Shown piece by piece: positions 26,070 to 38,400 of a stretch of DNA of 64,000 nucleotides. A model generated the notes under the pieces. That model did no database searches, had not been told where the DNA came from, and saw nothing but the letters and a program-made list of their open reading frames with translations. The translations under genes were made by a program, and so were the position numbers. Positions within the stretch are counted from its first letter, which is position 1; each line of letters begins with the position of its first letter. This DNA comes from Fimbriosthenelais zetlandica (lineage: Eukaryota), in the NCBI GenBank assembly GCA_977030845.1, contig OZ365116.1:13516001-13580000 (forward strand), written 5' to 3'.

Positions 26070-28068
26070 TTGTGTTACACCATTTGGAAGCGCTGGTAGA
26101 CAATAGTTCAATGACAAAAGTGTTGGCATTGGCTTCTATAGGCAAGGGTGGAAAGGTGAGCAGGTGGAAAAGGGGGTGGAAGGTAGGGGTGTTGGGTAAG
26201 ACCGCCCTGTCTCTTTTCATCACCTGTGAATTGACCAGTGTGTGCATGTGTAAGTGAGGATGGTATATGGAGACCACACACACCTGTGTAGGCTATAAAG
26301 GACAACAGGTAAAGAAGGCAAAACAAAGGGATCACACGCTAAACACATCTGACATGAAGCAAGGGCCCTTTGATCTCTTGGTGTTGACCTTTTGGAGGCC
26401 CTTCCCTGCGCGTGTTGGTGCCCCTTTTAGCCATGTCTATTCCTTTATTGGGATCAATATAAAAATGCATATAATTCACATCTCATATAGAATTTAGCAT
26501 GCTTTTCACCTTTACTTTTGGAAATTTGTAATTTCAAACTTCGAGCATTGAAGGAAAGAACTTTCTTGTCAAATATAGAGGTGGAATTCTCAGGAGGGGA
26601 AGTACTCAAGTGTTATGGAAGGCTGTGTAAGGTTCTTATTGTTTGACACGCTTAAGACAACTTCCCTCAGGTTTCAAAGACTTGCGTGGCTGTCTTAATT
26701 GGTTTAGTGTACCGAGCTATTGTTGTTTAGGGGGTGTGAGGCTGTATTGAGGCTATTTGTGCTAACACCTACTGTTTTTATTACAAATATAAGTGGATGG
26801 CTGTGTTTCTGCCGTTTTGTCTGCAGAAAATCAAAGGATAGAGCTTTGTGGGACCAAAGCTTTCTACTTGAGCTATTTCAGGGTTCCAGAATTGTGCAAT
26901 ACAAGAGAGGCCCTTGAGTGCTTTGAATGCATCCTTGAATTAGCTGGCATGAACCCATGCATGTGCACTCGAGAAGTTAATGGTGTTCTTCCAACATCTT
27001 TCTGTCAGGTTAGATTTATTGGAAGACTGTCTATCATTGCACTTTTTAGATAAATTGAATGCAAAGAAGATTGACTATAGTGGTGGAATTATTGAGGGAT
27101 TCTCGCCTTTAGTGTTACTTGCATGGTCTCGAGTGATATATCGCTATTTATATATCTGCCATAGTATATTAATTAAGCTATTATAAGAAGATGGAGGGTA
27201 ACACAATGCCGAGTGGTGCGCCTAAGGGTATACCCCTGTAATTGTGATGAACACCCTTTGGCCATGTCGTGTATAACAGAGATTGCTTGTGACCAGTCTC
27301 ACCAATTGGTCACTTAGACCAACAACTGCCCACCTGGACAGAGAGGCCACCTGCTGGTGTGGTGGCGGCAGATCAAAGGCTGGTAGAGGAGTGACCAGAG
27401 GAAATGACCAGTGATGGAGTGTGGTGTAGAGGGGTGATGGACGGGCCTGGAGGGGGGCAGAGACAGTTATAGTGGACATGATCTGATGTGAGGTCAGGGA
27501 CAGGACCCCTGGTCAAGATGAGGGTCAATCCAGTGGTCATTGTTAGGTGGAATTGGATCAGGGTACTTCCCTCAGGCTGGTGGCAAACTTCAAAAAAACC
27601 TTATTTAAAATTCAGGTGATCACCGAAGGCTATGCATTAAAAGATCAATATAATATTTTATTCTCACCCAAGGCGTTTGCTGGTATGCGTTCAGAATGCC
27701 CCCCGCCATCTTTGGGGTGAATAATTTTTAAATTAAAAAGGTTTTATGCACATTATTTAAGATCTACTGTTGAATGCATTACATTGGGTGCAGCTGCAAT
27801 ATAGCAACCCAATTCCTACGCTTATCGATCCTCACTCTTGGAATAATTGTCTGCAAAAACAGTGCACCTGCGAGACCCCTGGAATATAAGGGTTCCCCTT
27901 GCTGGAGATGATGAATATTTAGTGAAGGAAGCTGTGGGGAAGAAGGGTTTGCTCTTGTATAGACCTGTTGTAGGTTCGTGCCTGGCTGAGCCAGTAGTGT
28001 TCACGTCACGCTTGGGTGCACAAGGGAGCATGGGACGCGTGGGTGTTGCACTACAAAGTGGGGGAGGG
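26070..28068 (+). mobile_element. Possible fragmented Gypsy internal region
   Basis: LEALVDNSS (protease-like ALVD[ST]G), ALWDQSFLLELFQGSRIVQYKRG (RNase H end; cf. RW...L..Y.F.I.YKPG), DDEYLVKEAVGKK (chromodomain-start-like). All weak. Confidence 0.25.
27344..27357 (-). promoter_or_regulatory. CTCF-like motif
   Basis: Reverse complement is ccagcaggtggcct; the first 12 core positions match CCASYAGRKGGC. Confidence 0.3.
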
Positions 28069-28660
28069 TGTCAAATTGGACCTGAGGGATTAGGGTTTAG
28101 GGTCTTGGTCATGCTTGACTTGTGTCACGACAGAGAAGCAATGGTCACTCACACCCCTTTTTAAGAGCCATTAAATCGGTGGAAAGATAGTAAAGAAATC
28201 ACAATGTCTCAATTATCACTGAAGGAATAACCCCCTAGGGCATGCGTGCACGCATGCGTGTGTCCCTTGAGATGTGGGTCTACAGTTATATGGTGGTATA
28301 GTGCTTAAAGAAGCATCTGATAAGGTGTTTTATCAAAGGTAGGCCTGGGTTTATGGCTGGGAGGTGGGTTTATGATTGGGGAATAATGCTGATTAGTTGG
28401 GACGATTGGTGGGTGGGGTCCTACACCTATAAACCGCGTGTCAGGTCTGTTTAGACTTGCCGCGTGGAGGTTGCCACTTTTGGCAACTATATAAGAATTG
28501 GGTGGTTACAGATAATTAGTTGACTCAACACTGTGGTTTCCTACACTAAGTATTGTGGTTAACCATGAATTACTGTAGACAGTTACACTTCCCTTCGTTC
28601 CAATGCGTGAAAGTATGCACTCCGAAAACACTCGACATTTTTGTGGTTTTACAATAACAG
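28055..28660 (+). mobile_element. Candidate polypurine tract plus 3' LTR
   Basis: aaagtgggggaggg directly followed by TGTCA (28069). Two GATTGG boxes and CTATAAA lie at about 28375-28435, with a possible ...ATAACA end near 28659. No partner LTR recognised. Confidence 0.3.
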
Positions 28661-28805
28661 GACAGTTGCCTTAACAAGATGTACTTCTACCTCTTTATTG
28701 AAAGTAATGAGTTATATGAAGCTGTTCACTTTAGCAACTAAGTTGTTAAACAATTTTGATAATTGAAAATCTTATTACCTTCTCACATCCTTTGGCAATC
28801 TGCCA

Positions 28806-28959
28806 TTGGCCATTTGTTATTTCATATACTACTACCTATTAATCCAACTGCCAAGGATAATCTTCCCATAGGCTTTGGTCAATTTTCATACACTACTACC
28901 TACTAATCCGATGACTTCCCCATAGACTTTGGTCAATGTCCATATACTACTGCCTATTT
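28806..28959. repeat. Diverged three-copy tandem repeat (about 50-65 bp)
   Basis: Recurring ttggtcaat..cata(t/c)actactaccta and ttcccatag.ctttggtca segments. Confidence 0.8.
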
Positions 28960-31613
28960 GTGGGCCAAAAAACTGTGTCAAATTAACTTTTCCATGTACT
29001 ACTTGGCGGATTAGTCCCCAAATCAGTTTTTATATTGAATACTTTTCCTTTTCAACTTTGTTTTAATCCCTCTGTTATTTGTTCCTCTCATTTCTAAGGT
29101 TCCTATTCAGGTCTAAATTGGAGATGACATGGTTTGCAGCACGTTGAAAGTGTTTGACTGTTGTAGGTCGGAACCGATTTGAATTCACTTTATCAGGAGT
29201 GCACAAGCTTGACAAGCTTGACAAGGCCTTCCATCTCCTTTCCAGACCTAAGACCCTGACAAAAGCCTTTATGCATATCACTGTTTCCACCAAGGATTTT
29301 CCCGTTTTGAATGATCAGCTTTTGTTACTTTTGAGTGACTCAATGACTCGAGCTGTTGGACGGCTTTTATCTCCCCACCCCCTGCCTTGATGGCCGAACG
29401 CTTGTCTGTGAAATGGACCTAATTGGTGATCAGTGATCGATCAAAAGTTGCAGGAGGCTCATTCTAAACATTTGTCGTCTGCTCTGTCCCTCGCAAACAA
29501 TCTGATTGAAAAAAACACCCTTAGAAATCCCCCTCAATATTCTCTGACAAAGCTTATTAAAATCTAGATGGAATTCCCGCCAATCATCCGGAAATGGTAG
29601 CCATGCTGGGGATATGTTGTCGCTATTTTCCGGGCTTGTTTTCTGATGATTCGGTCCTTAGTGTGAGGGATTATGTGTATTTGTAATGAGGTTAATTTTG
29701 AGTAGTTGATATTAATGCTGGAGCACGCGGCAGGGGAGGGCTAGGACCGGGGGAAAGCTGGCCTTCTAGTCACTACCATGTCATCATCAGTTTTTGGTTT
29801 GTCATGATCAAGCTTGTGCCAGTGGCAGGTCCCAAGAAAAGCATGCCAAGGCTGGCTGTCAATAAATGATCGATGAGCTCAAATGTCGTCCGCCGTGGCA
29901 ATTGTGGCGGGAAGCGTGCGGTCTCGTGTTGGGCCGTCACTGTCACATAAAGAAGCATATCAGGGTTTTTTTCTCAACTAGGGTTGGATTTCCATGGGTT
30001 GTAATCCATGGAATCATCCCCTTAACGAAGACAACTTTCCCCGCCCTGGGGCGGGTCCGATTGGGGATACTTCCCCCTGGGCGTGTGCCGTCTAACCCCG
30101 TAGGATCAGGGAATTGACAGTCAGGGTGTCAGTGACTTCTCTAAGTATGACTGTCACTTGACACGTGCTTACACCTTTGCCAAGTAACAGTATACTCCCA
30201 GCGCAGAAGGCGAGAAAAAAGGTCTGTTAGGGATGAAATGCTGCTGTCAAGACCGGCCTCGGGGGTCCAGAGGGTGGCATGGCCGACATGGTGGCCAACA
30301 GGTCATGATAAAAACGAGTGTGACAGCAGCAGAGGTCTCCCCAAAACAGTGGCATGTTTCCAGCCCTGTAATAAGACTTATACATCTTTCCTAAAAGAGA
30401 GTGTCAGACCTAATGTTCTGTCTCCAATATATAGAACATGGAGTGCCCAATTTAGCATTGTAAATCTGACAACTAGAACTGTAGAACTTTGCCCTATTCT
30501 GTAATTAAATTTAAGGTGTAGTTGTCAGTACTAGGCTGGATAAATGAAAACAATCTTTCATTTTATACTGGCCTAATGTGACCGTGGCTTACATGGGAGA
30601 GTGTAATGACAATCATGACAAGCGGCACTCTGATTTCACACCTCCTAATTCATTCTGAGGTTAGTTTCACAGGGGGCAGGCTCGTCAGTACATTAACATG
30701 ACAAGTCACTAGCTGCAGTCCATCTCCATTCTGTCCCAAGTATACTTGATTCATTTTATGAATGCTGGAAAATGATTTTATGCTAGAAAATCTGTGGCAA
30801 CTAACTTCAAGTGCTATGTGCATCATGCAACCTTTTGAATATGTTCCTCGGCCAAAGAAGATATATATGGTCCCGAAAAAGATTTATGCATGTAAGTCTC
30901 CTTGTCACCAATGTGGTCTCTATATTTCATGCTACCTTTAATAGTAAAGTTCATATCGAGTCAAGAACAGGCTAATTAACACTCCCAATTATACCCTATA
31001 ATGCATCACTCACTATGCACCTATTAGCTGCCTAATGTAAAAGCCACTCACCCACCCCTCCCCCACTCGATTAATTAAGTTAATTAAGCCCTGCTGGCCG
31101 AGGGGGTGGGCATTGTTTTAGTGTAGGAGGCCTCTTGACAATTGTTACCCACTGTGTAACCATTGTAAGCATTGTTGCGTCTATTATTGGTCTCTATGTT
31201 TTGAAGTGGTATCACCTCCAGTCAATGCGTGACTTCAACCACACATGGAGTGATTTATTACTGTTTTGTCACTTGTCTGTTTGATGTAGGTTCTAATTTT
31301 TATAGATCAAAGTCAAAACAGAAAATAGGTCTACGGGATATATATGATCTGAGGGGGGGGGGGGGACAAGAACTGTTAAATATAGTTAATGACAAATGTT
31401 GGACTAATATATTAATGTTGATTGAGATCATCTCTATTTCAATTCCATGTGAAAAACATAGATCTCTGAATACACACCCTGTTGATCATCTGCCTGATTT
31501 AGTGGCTCTCACTCGTGACAAAATGCTCGAGTAGTCTGATAAAGAACCCTGGTGAAATGTGGAATCTGTGGGGACCCAGTGTCACGGGTCTGGTGCGATC
31601 TGCACTGCTTGAT

Positions 31614-31630
31614 CTGCCCCCTGCAGGCCA
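31614..31630 (-). promoter_or_regulatory. CTCF-like motif at the edge of the CpG-rich domain
   Basis: Reverse complement is tggcctgcagggggcag, one mismatch to the core consensus. Confidence 0.4.
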
Positions 31631-31956
31631 CCAGGAGAACTAATATCGCGTCGCGTGCCTCGGACGCGCGTGAAATATTACCCTAGAACACGTGGTCCCC
31701 TCAAAACATAAACAAACCATATATATACCTTCTAATCAAAGAAAATTCTATATCCGTCTCTTTAGACAAGTTTAGATGCATTTCTGGCCCAAAAGTCCGA
31801 TTTCGCTTGTGGGCATTAATCAATTTGGTCGCGATTAGGATAATTTGGTGAGATCTTAATGTTCCTAGAACTGGGGATACCCCCTACACACATGCTGCTT
31901 AATATCGTCTGCTGATGCTGCTGCGTCCCTTCTGAGGTGACGCTAACCAAGGAGGC

Positions 31957-32065
31957 CTCTGATTGGCTCTCGCCTGCCAAGCCTCGAGTAAGCCATGCTC
32001 TGATTGGCGGCGTTTGGCGCGTGCGTCACGCTTTGCTTGCTAAGCGCACGTTGTGTGTATAAACA
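31957..32065 (+). promoter_or_regulatory. Twin NF-Y (CCAAT) boxes plus TATA-like element
   Basis: Identical 11-mer ctctgattggc at 31957 and 31998 (reverse GCCAATCAGAG, 41 bp apart), CGTCA half-site at ~32025, TATAAA at 32058. Confidence 0.5.
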
Positions 32066-32092
32066 AAGTTGGCAGAGGGAATACCACCCCAC

Positions 32093-32218
32093 ATGTCATG
32101 GCGCCTCGCCTCCCCCATGCTGCATCATCCACCACTGACACCAGGATCCGTCCTTCTTCTTCTCATTCTACTCCTCCTACAGGCAACGCCCTCTATCAAC
32201 TCACTTCCAGATCAATAA
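32093..32218 (+). CDS. Candidate 41-aa hydrophobic microprotein (signal-peptide-like)
   Basis: MSWRLASPMLHHPPLTPGSVLLLLILLLLQATPSINSLPDQ*, 30 nt downstream of the TATA-like element. It may instead be a by-product of a pyrimidine tract. Confidence 0.2.
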   Translation: MSWRLASPMLHHPPLTPGSVLLLLILLLLQATPSINSLPDQ

Positions 32219-35200
32219 TAGGAATTACACACTAAATCAAACCACATGACATCATATAAATGACCTCTCCTGGACTTAACCTGTGTGTTTTCTGACAGAG
32301 GATATATATTCTAATCCTTCTCAGGACATATATATTTATTGTGCAAAACTTTTTGAGTGTGTGACAGTGATTTTTAACCATGTGTTTCGGACGATTATAT
32401 CAAAGTCGAGCGCCACTGATTCAGGTGCCCAAGATCAACACCAGGTAGGTTGTCAAATGGTTTTCTTGTTTCCCAAAAGGATCCAATATTTGTCACTGGT
32501 GGTGGGTATTAAATCTGTAGGGATTTTTTGATCCCTTGGATCACTTTTGAAATGGTGAGGTTTCTCATGATTCTGAGATGAGGAGATTCAGGAAGGTGCA
32601 TCAAGAACATGATATATTGATTGAAGGTCCAGGTGCAATGTCGGTATATAGGGGTCATATTACCAGCAAACGATCCACACAATAATTAGGTCTGAATATG
32701 ATCTCTCTAATTGAGGCAAACCTTATATATATTGGTCATATTATAGTTATTTCCAGGAACTCTATATGCTTTACCAAGATGTATTGATCTTACTTAATAT
32801 TTTGGTTAAGGACTGTAGACTATTAATCGATCTATATAGACATAATTCTTAGATCACTGTAGCGGATAACTATGTAACATTTTATCATATCTTCCTTGAT
32901 TTTCCTTGAGCTAAATTTCATTTGGAAATATTTATTATCTTTTAGTTGATTTCACTTTTGAGTTCAGGAATGCCGATTTGAGCAAAACTAAATTTCTCAA
33001 AGGCAGGTGTCTTCCAGGTTAATCAAGTGAAATCAATATCCGGCGTCGTTATAAATGTTAAAATCTTGATACTTGAAGCGAGCTATAGAAATATTAAAGC
33101 TAAATTGCCGGATGTCTTGTATGCCTGGAAGTTCCTAGAATTATCTCCACTCATGCAAGAAGTAACCGGAATCTTAGGTATATATAGCCTACTTAGTCAT
33201 AATTGTCATACTATGATGGATTTGATTTGCAGTCAATCAATTCCATGGCAAGTTTTAGTTTTCCTGGAAATAAATTCAGCGCCAATTGCTTGATCTAGGT
33301 ACATACTGAAGTGGGTTCTTTTTTAGCCCTTTTAGCGGATAACTTTTTTTGCATAGAAATAAATAGTAAAGTTTCTAAATCTTTTCCCAACGAAAGTTTG
33401 AAATATCATTTTCATTATAACGTTTAATTTAAAACGTTATCAATAGCTGATATATATTTGATTTGTCGCGACTGAAAAAAAACGGGTTTGGAGTTGAGTG
33501 CGGTCGCGGTAGGATTGAAGGCGGGGGATCTGTGGCTCGGGCTCGGGGTAAGGTAACCAGTGTGTAGGGGGAGGGTAGGAGGGGGAAGCGGGTGATGTAT
33601 CCACGGCCCATCCTGGCCTTGATCCCGCTATATTCCCGCGTCCACGGTCCACGCGCTCCCTCTCTACCACCCGCGACCTCCTCCCATCCCCTGACCTGCC
33701 CGGATCCAAGCCGGATCCTTACTTGATCCTTCAGGTGCAGATTTGGATCAGGCGGGAAGTCCCTCCCACTCATCCCAGCTTAGAAGCGGATAATTGGGTT
33801 CGAGGGTTTGCATTTAAAATGAAAATTAAATTGGTCAATTTCGGTAAGAAGTGATGGTTCGCACATGGCCGCAATCCCGGGGCCGCGCTGACTTTTTGTC
33901 GCGTCCATTTATTGCAAATCCAAGTGTGTAGAATCTGATCAATTTCCCTATATTTCAGGACGTGAAAGTGCTCAATTTAAAGACAATATTTGGTGAAATT
34001 TCTCGGTTAAATAAAATTCAAAGCATTTTAGACTGATTTATTGTAATACATTGGCCGCGACCACAATTGTTTTTAACAAAAGTTTCGGCCAGTTATATAG
34101 CGGGCAGATATCAATTTAGGTGATGATTTAGATTGTGATAACATATACTTTTTCCTTTAATTTGTCTTAGAACACCTATCTTAGCAGCCTTTATTCGTCT
34201 AGGCAAACTCGCTTTTTTTTACCTGACTTTTCCGGGGTTTCTGAACTAAATATACATCTCTTAATGGACCTTTAATTAGCATTTGGAATGTTAGCGTCGC
34301 GCCTCGGAATTTACTTAATCTATTTCATTTTCACATTTCCCGCGTTCTTTTCCCGGAGAGATTTTACCACTACTTACTTGAGCAGTTTTTTTTTCACTCA
34401 TTCTTGGCGCCATTCTGGCACGTGCCGCTAGTTAGTTATCCGCCAGGCCTGCAGGTGTCGCGGTGGTGGCGGGACGCGGAGAGGAACGCGTCACCTCCCC
34501 GCGCGTCATCCACGCGTCCCTAGGGAAGGGTCGCGGGACGCTACGCTTCACTGATTCCAATACCCACCTCCCCACTAAACCCCTACCCTAAAACCCTCAT
34601 CAGGTAGAGTTGATCAAAGGCTTCCCGCCCGATGCTGGTAGGAAACTACATGGTAATTTTACCAATTTCTCTCAGATGTAGCATTTTTGAATGAAGTCCA
34701 AATCCATGAACACTGTTACACATCTTTACTGCATTTGAAGTCCAATTGGGGATATTACTAAAACCTTAGAGTAAAATGATTTTGACTCTAAACTAAAAGA
34801 TAACTACAGCATGAAAGTACCCTGGAAGTAGCGCGTTATATTATTTATTTACAATATTATACGGAAATATTCTCGTCCCATTTTTTTTGTTACAATGTTC
34901 AGTTTTACAAAGAACATGGTCCTTTAATAGTTTCCTTTAAGGAAGCTCCTTTCCCTAACAAATGAAGGAACTATTAATGTCCATAATACCTCAATGAACC
35001 CACTGAACCTTCCAGGGGATTCATCTAAAAAGATGCTGCTCAAGTTCAACCAGTGCTGAAAATTAACTTAATTCCGGGTTCAAACAGTAAATTTAACTCC
35101 CACTGTCTGGTTCTCTCGCCATCCTCCCTCCACTCACCACCTGCGGAATGATCATTAATTTGTAACGTGGCACCACTTCTACTGACTCTACTCCCCCTAC

Positions 35201-35658
35201 TCTCTCCAACCAGACCCATGACATCAGAAAATATCCTAAAAAATATAAAATGTATTCTGTGTACGCATCGAGGCGTGGCTTTTATTTGTTGTCAGGGATT
35301 GTGTTTGGTGGTTATGGGGAACTCCCAAAGTGTCTTAGTGTGTGTTTAGTAATCTTGGCTTCAGGGAGCTTAATGGGTGCCCCTAGAAATCAACCTGGGT
35401 GCAGGTTTGTTTTGATGTTCAGTTCCTGGTTCATTCTGGCCAGTATTGTTAACTTTACTCGTGCATGTTGGAAGGCAGATAGGAAGTGTTGATAGACTTG
35501 ATCACTGGCCTGTGCCACCCTGGAATTTTTTTATAATGTTTCCTGCTAATAATCTTGATTTTTACAGGAGATTATTTAAAGGGAAGCTTTGATGTTTTGG
35601 TCGTAAATCATTGAGAGGATGTTGCTCATATAATGTGATTCAATTTCTTCAAAAAAAA

Positions 35659-35722
35659 CAGTCATATTGTGACTGATTCACAGTCAAATTGTGACTGATT
35701 AGCAGTCATATTTTGACTGATT
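35659..35722. repeat. Three-copy ~22-bp tandem repeat with internal inverted half-sites
   Basis: cagtca(t/a)att(g/t)tgactgatt x3; each unit contains CAGTCA-N5-TGACTG. Confidence 0.9.
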
Positions 35723-38169
35723 AATGTGAATATTGGTTGACTATTTCTATGAGTGTTACTACATGTAATTGCCTGTTAATTGTTTCTCTGGACCCGCCCC
35801 TATCCTCTTATTCCCATGTCACGGCTGAGTCCAGCTTTCTCCCTCCTCTCTCCCGGCCCGTGGTCACTCCACTCGCCCCCTCTACTGCCAGGTTCTGACA
35901 CTAGGCTCTAAATTGATGCTCTGGGAGGTCTGGAGGTGAATCGGGAGGTCCGCCAGCTCTGAAGATTACATTATTCTACCCCTGACACATTCATTTATCA
36001 TTTCTATTGATTTTTAATGAGCTGTTAATTGAGTAATGTTTAGTTATAATTGCTGCGGATGTAATAAATGAGACAAGGGTCGCTATAATTATGTTGTAAG
36101 TTTCATGTTTGATTATATATGATGGGATTTTGGAAGTTTATGGGAACGTTTCCTACCTTCATAATCATTATAAAAATGGTGTTTCAGTGTGATTCTTGCA
36201 CTTAAGAGTATGGTTGATGAATGTGATTTAATATTATGACATTTGATCCTGCAAAGTGTCATCACTGGAGATCCACAGATATTAAGATAATTTTCCGATG
36301 ATATCGCAATAATATCGTATAGCAATTAGAAAGCCATGGCATTCAACTGTCCTATTTAGTCTGGGATGGACGCAGGTCCAACTGAGATAATTGGGAAATA
36401 AATGCCCTGCCAAGACCCAGGGTGTCAGGGTTACGGCCAGCGATGTCATGATGGTCAGTTATCATGGAGTGGACAGTGGGCAGTGGGCAGTGATCTATGT
36501 ACTGACATGACACTGGACATTGCCCCAGGGCTCATGGAAGCTTTTTCCATGCTCTCTCGTCACATGTCCAGTCGACTGTCCACGAGGCATTGTCACTCAG
36601 CCAGGGTAATGGTCAACACCATGTAACAATGTACCCCGCCGATGTCCACTCGCCCAAATCCCGTGATTATCAGCGATTATCGGCCAGAGAGGAAGGGTCA
36701 GGCACCCCATTGTCGGCCATGGAAGGAACGCTGACCATTGTGCCTGTGTAAACACCTTGGTTGACATGGAAGAAGGGTATAAACCTATGGGTCAGTTTGA
36801 CCCCGGGGTTGGACATTGTTATGGGGCATAAACACCCAAATCTGGCGTGTTGTCAATGGTAACAATACATGGTGGAAGACCCTTAGCTTTGGGGCCTTTG
36901 TCACCCAAATGACATGTCCAGGAAGAAAACAAAAGATGGCCCGGACCTCTGAGGTCCAGGAAGGCAATGGCTGGAGGGCAGGGAGGCGTGGTGGACACGT
37001 GGATGGTCAGTGTAAGTAGCCACTGGTCAGTGACATGGAAGTTATGCTCAACATGAAACCGGATGCCATTATGGTCAGTTCGGGTAACAGATGATTATAA
37101 TGCCCCAGTGGGGACAGGATGACCCTCGGTGACCAACTAAAAGAAATCACCTCCCCACACATGGACATTGGGAGGGCAAATTATGGCAATCTTGAGGCTT
37201 AATGTAGGGTGTCTGTATGGCTGTCAGGTATAATGTTTGTCGGGTCAAGCTTTGAGGCTGGACTCTGCCCCTGACCCCCCTGAGTGGTCAAGCTCCAACC
37301 CTGGATGACCATATTAGTGGACCTTTTAGTCTTGATGACAAGGTCAGCTCAAGGTTATACCTGGTGATGGATTTGACACTGAAAGGCACTTGTCGGAAAA
37401 ATAAAATGCTTGCTTTTGAACTCTGTAACCTCTGTAGAACTCTGTAACCTGTAGTGAAAGACGTCACACTGAGCATGATTTGACATAACCAGCTTAGTTT
37501 TTGAATCAAATCAAAGAACCCCCGGGGTACAAAAAGAGGGTTTTTTAATCTTCGGCCAAGATCTCAAGGACATGAAAAAGCTAAGTGCTTCTTCTGCACA
37601 AAGGTTAAAAGCGAGTCAAGGCCTGTTAATTAATAGAGCATGACAAGACATGTTCTAAAATGCGTTGCTTTTTACTGATCATGACTTTTGGGAGGAAAAA
37701 GCTTGCAGGTATCCATTACCATTCCCACTCAGCACTTGACAACAAATCTTAACTTTTCTTTCGCCTGTAATGGCATTGATCGCCTGTAATGAAAACTTGT
37801 CGGAACAAAACCAATGGATTTAATTGGTCTGGGTTCACGCTGGATGTGACATTACTTCCCATTCACTCGCTAAGACAAATGGTTTGCATTTGGAGCCTCT
37901 GTCTTGTTTTGGTAGCGGCTTCTTTTTAGTTGCTTTTATTTCTTCATTATTGCCAGTTTTAATTGCGGATTCCTCATCAAGAAAATGATGATTAATGACC
38001 CTTATTGAATGTTATTTGTTGGAAATGTTATTTGAGAAATAATGGAGGAATTAGTCGCAAAAATATTCCTGATTTATGAGGGGAAGAGGGGAGTGACAGA
38101 AAGACAATTTTCTTACCCTTTATTTGGGAAACATGATTGTTTCTACCATATTTAAAACCATACGAATGA

Positions 38170-38400
38170 AGCCTAAACACATTCAAATGACTGTCACCCA
38201 TGCGCAATATAGTACTAAATTTGTAAGTGACATGCATGCAAATGGCTGTCACTCATATGTAATATAAAGGATAACATATGTAAGTGACTGTAGGCCTAAA
38301 CATATGCAAATGTATGACTGTCACCCGTGCGCGATATAATAGATGACATATGGAAGTGAATATTCAAACATATGAGAATGACTGACACTCTGTACATGCA
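38170..38400. repeat. Diverged tandem repeat (about 55-70 bp, 3-4 copies)
   Basis: Recurring caaatg(a/g)ctgtcac.c.t..g.aatata...taagtga...aaacatatg at 38184, 38239, 38307 and 38376. Confidence 0.75.

Larger units (their letters stand above)
31640..34630. promoter_or_regulatory. CpG/CGCG-rich promoter-like domain (three CpG-rich blocks separated by AT-rich blocks)
   Basis: Dense CGCG words at 31640-32110, 33465-33910 and 34290-34560, contrasting with visibly CpG-poor flanks. Ten GTCGCG/CGCGAC sites counted. Confidence 0.5.

Noticed and set aside
32860-33795. lac-operator or vector contamination (GCGGATAAC)
   Set aside because: Only 8-9 nt match, with no flanking operator or vector sequence.
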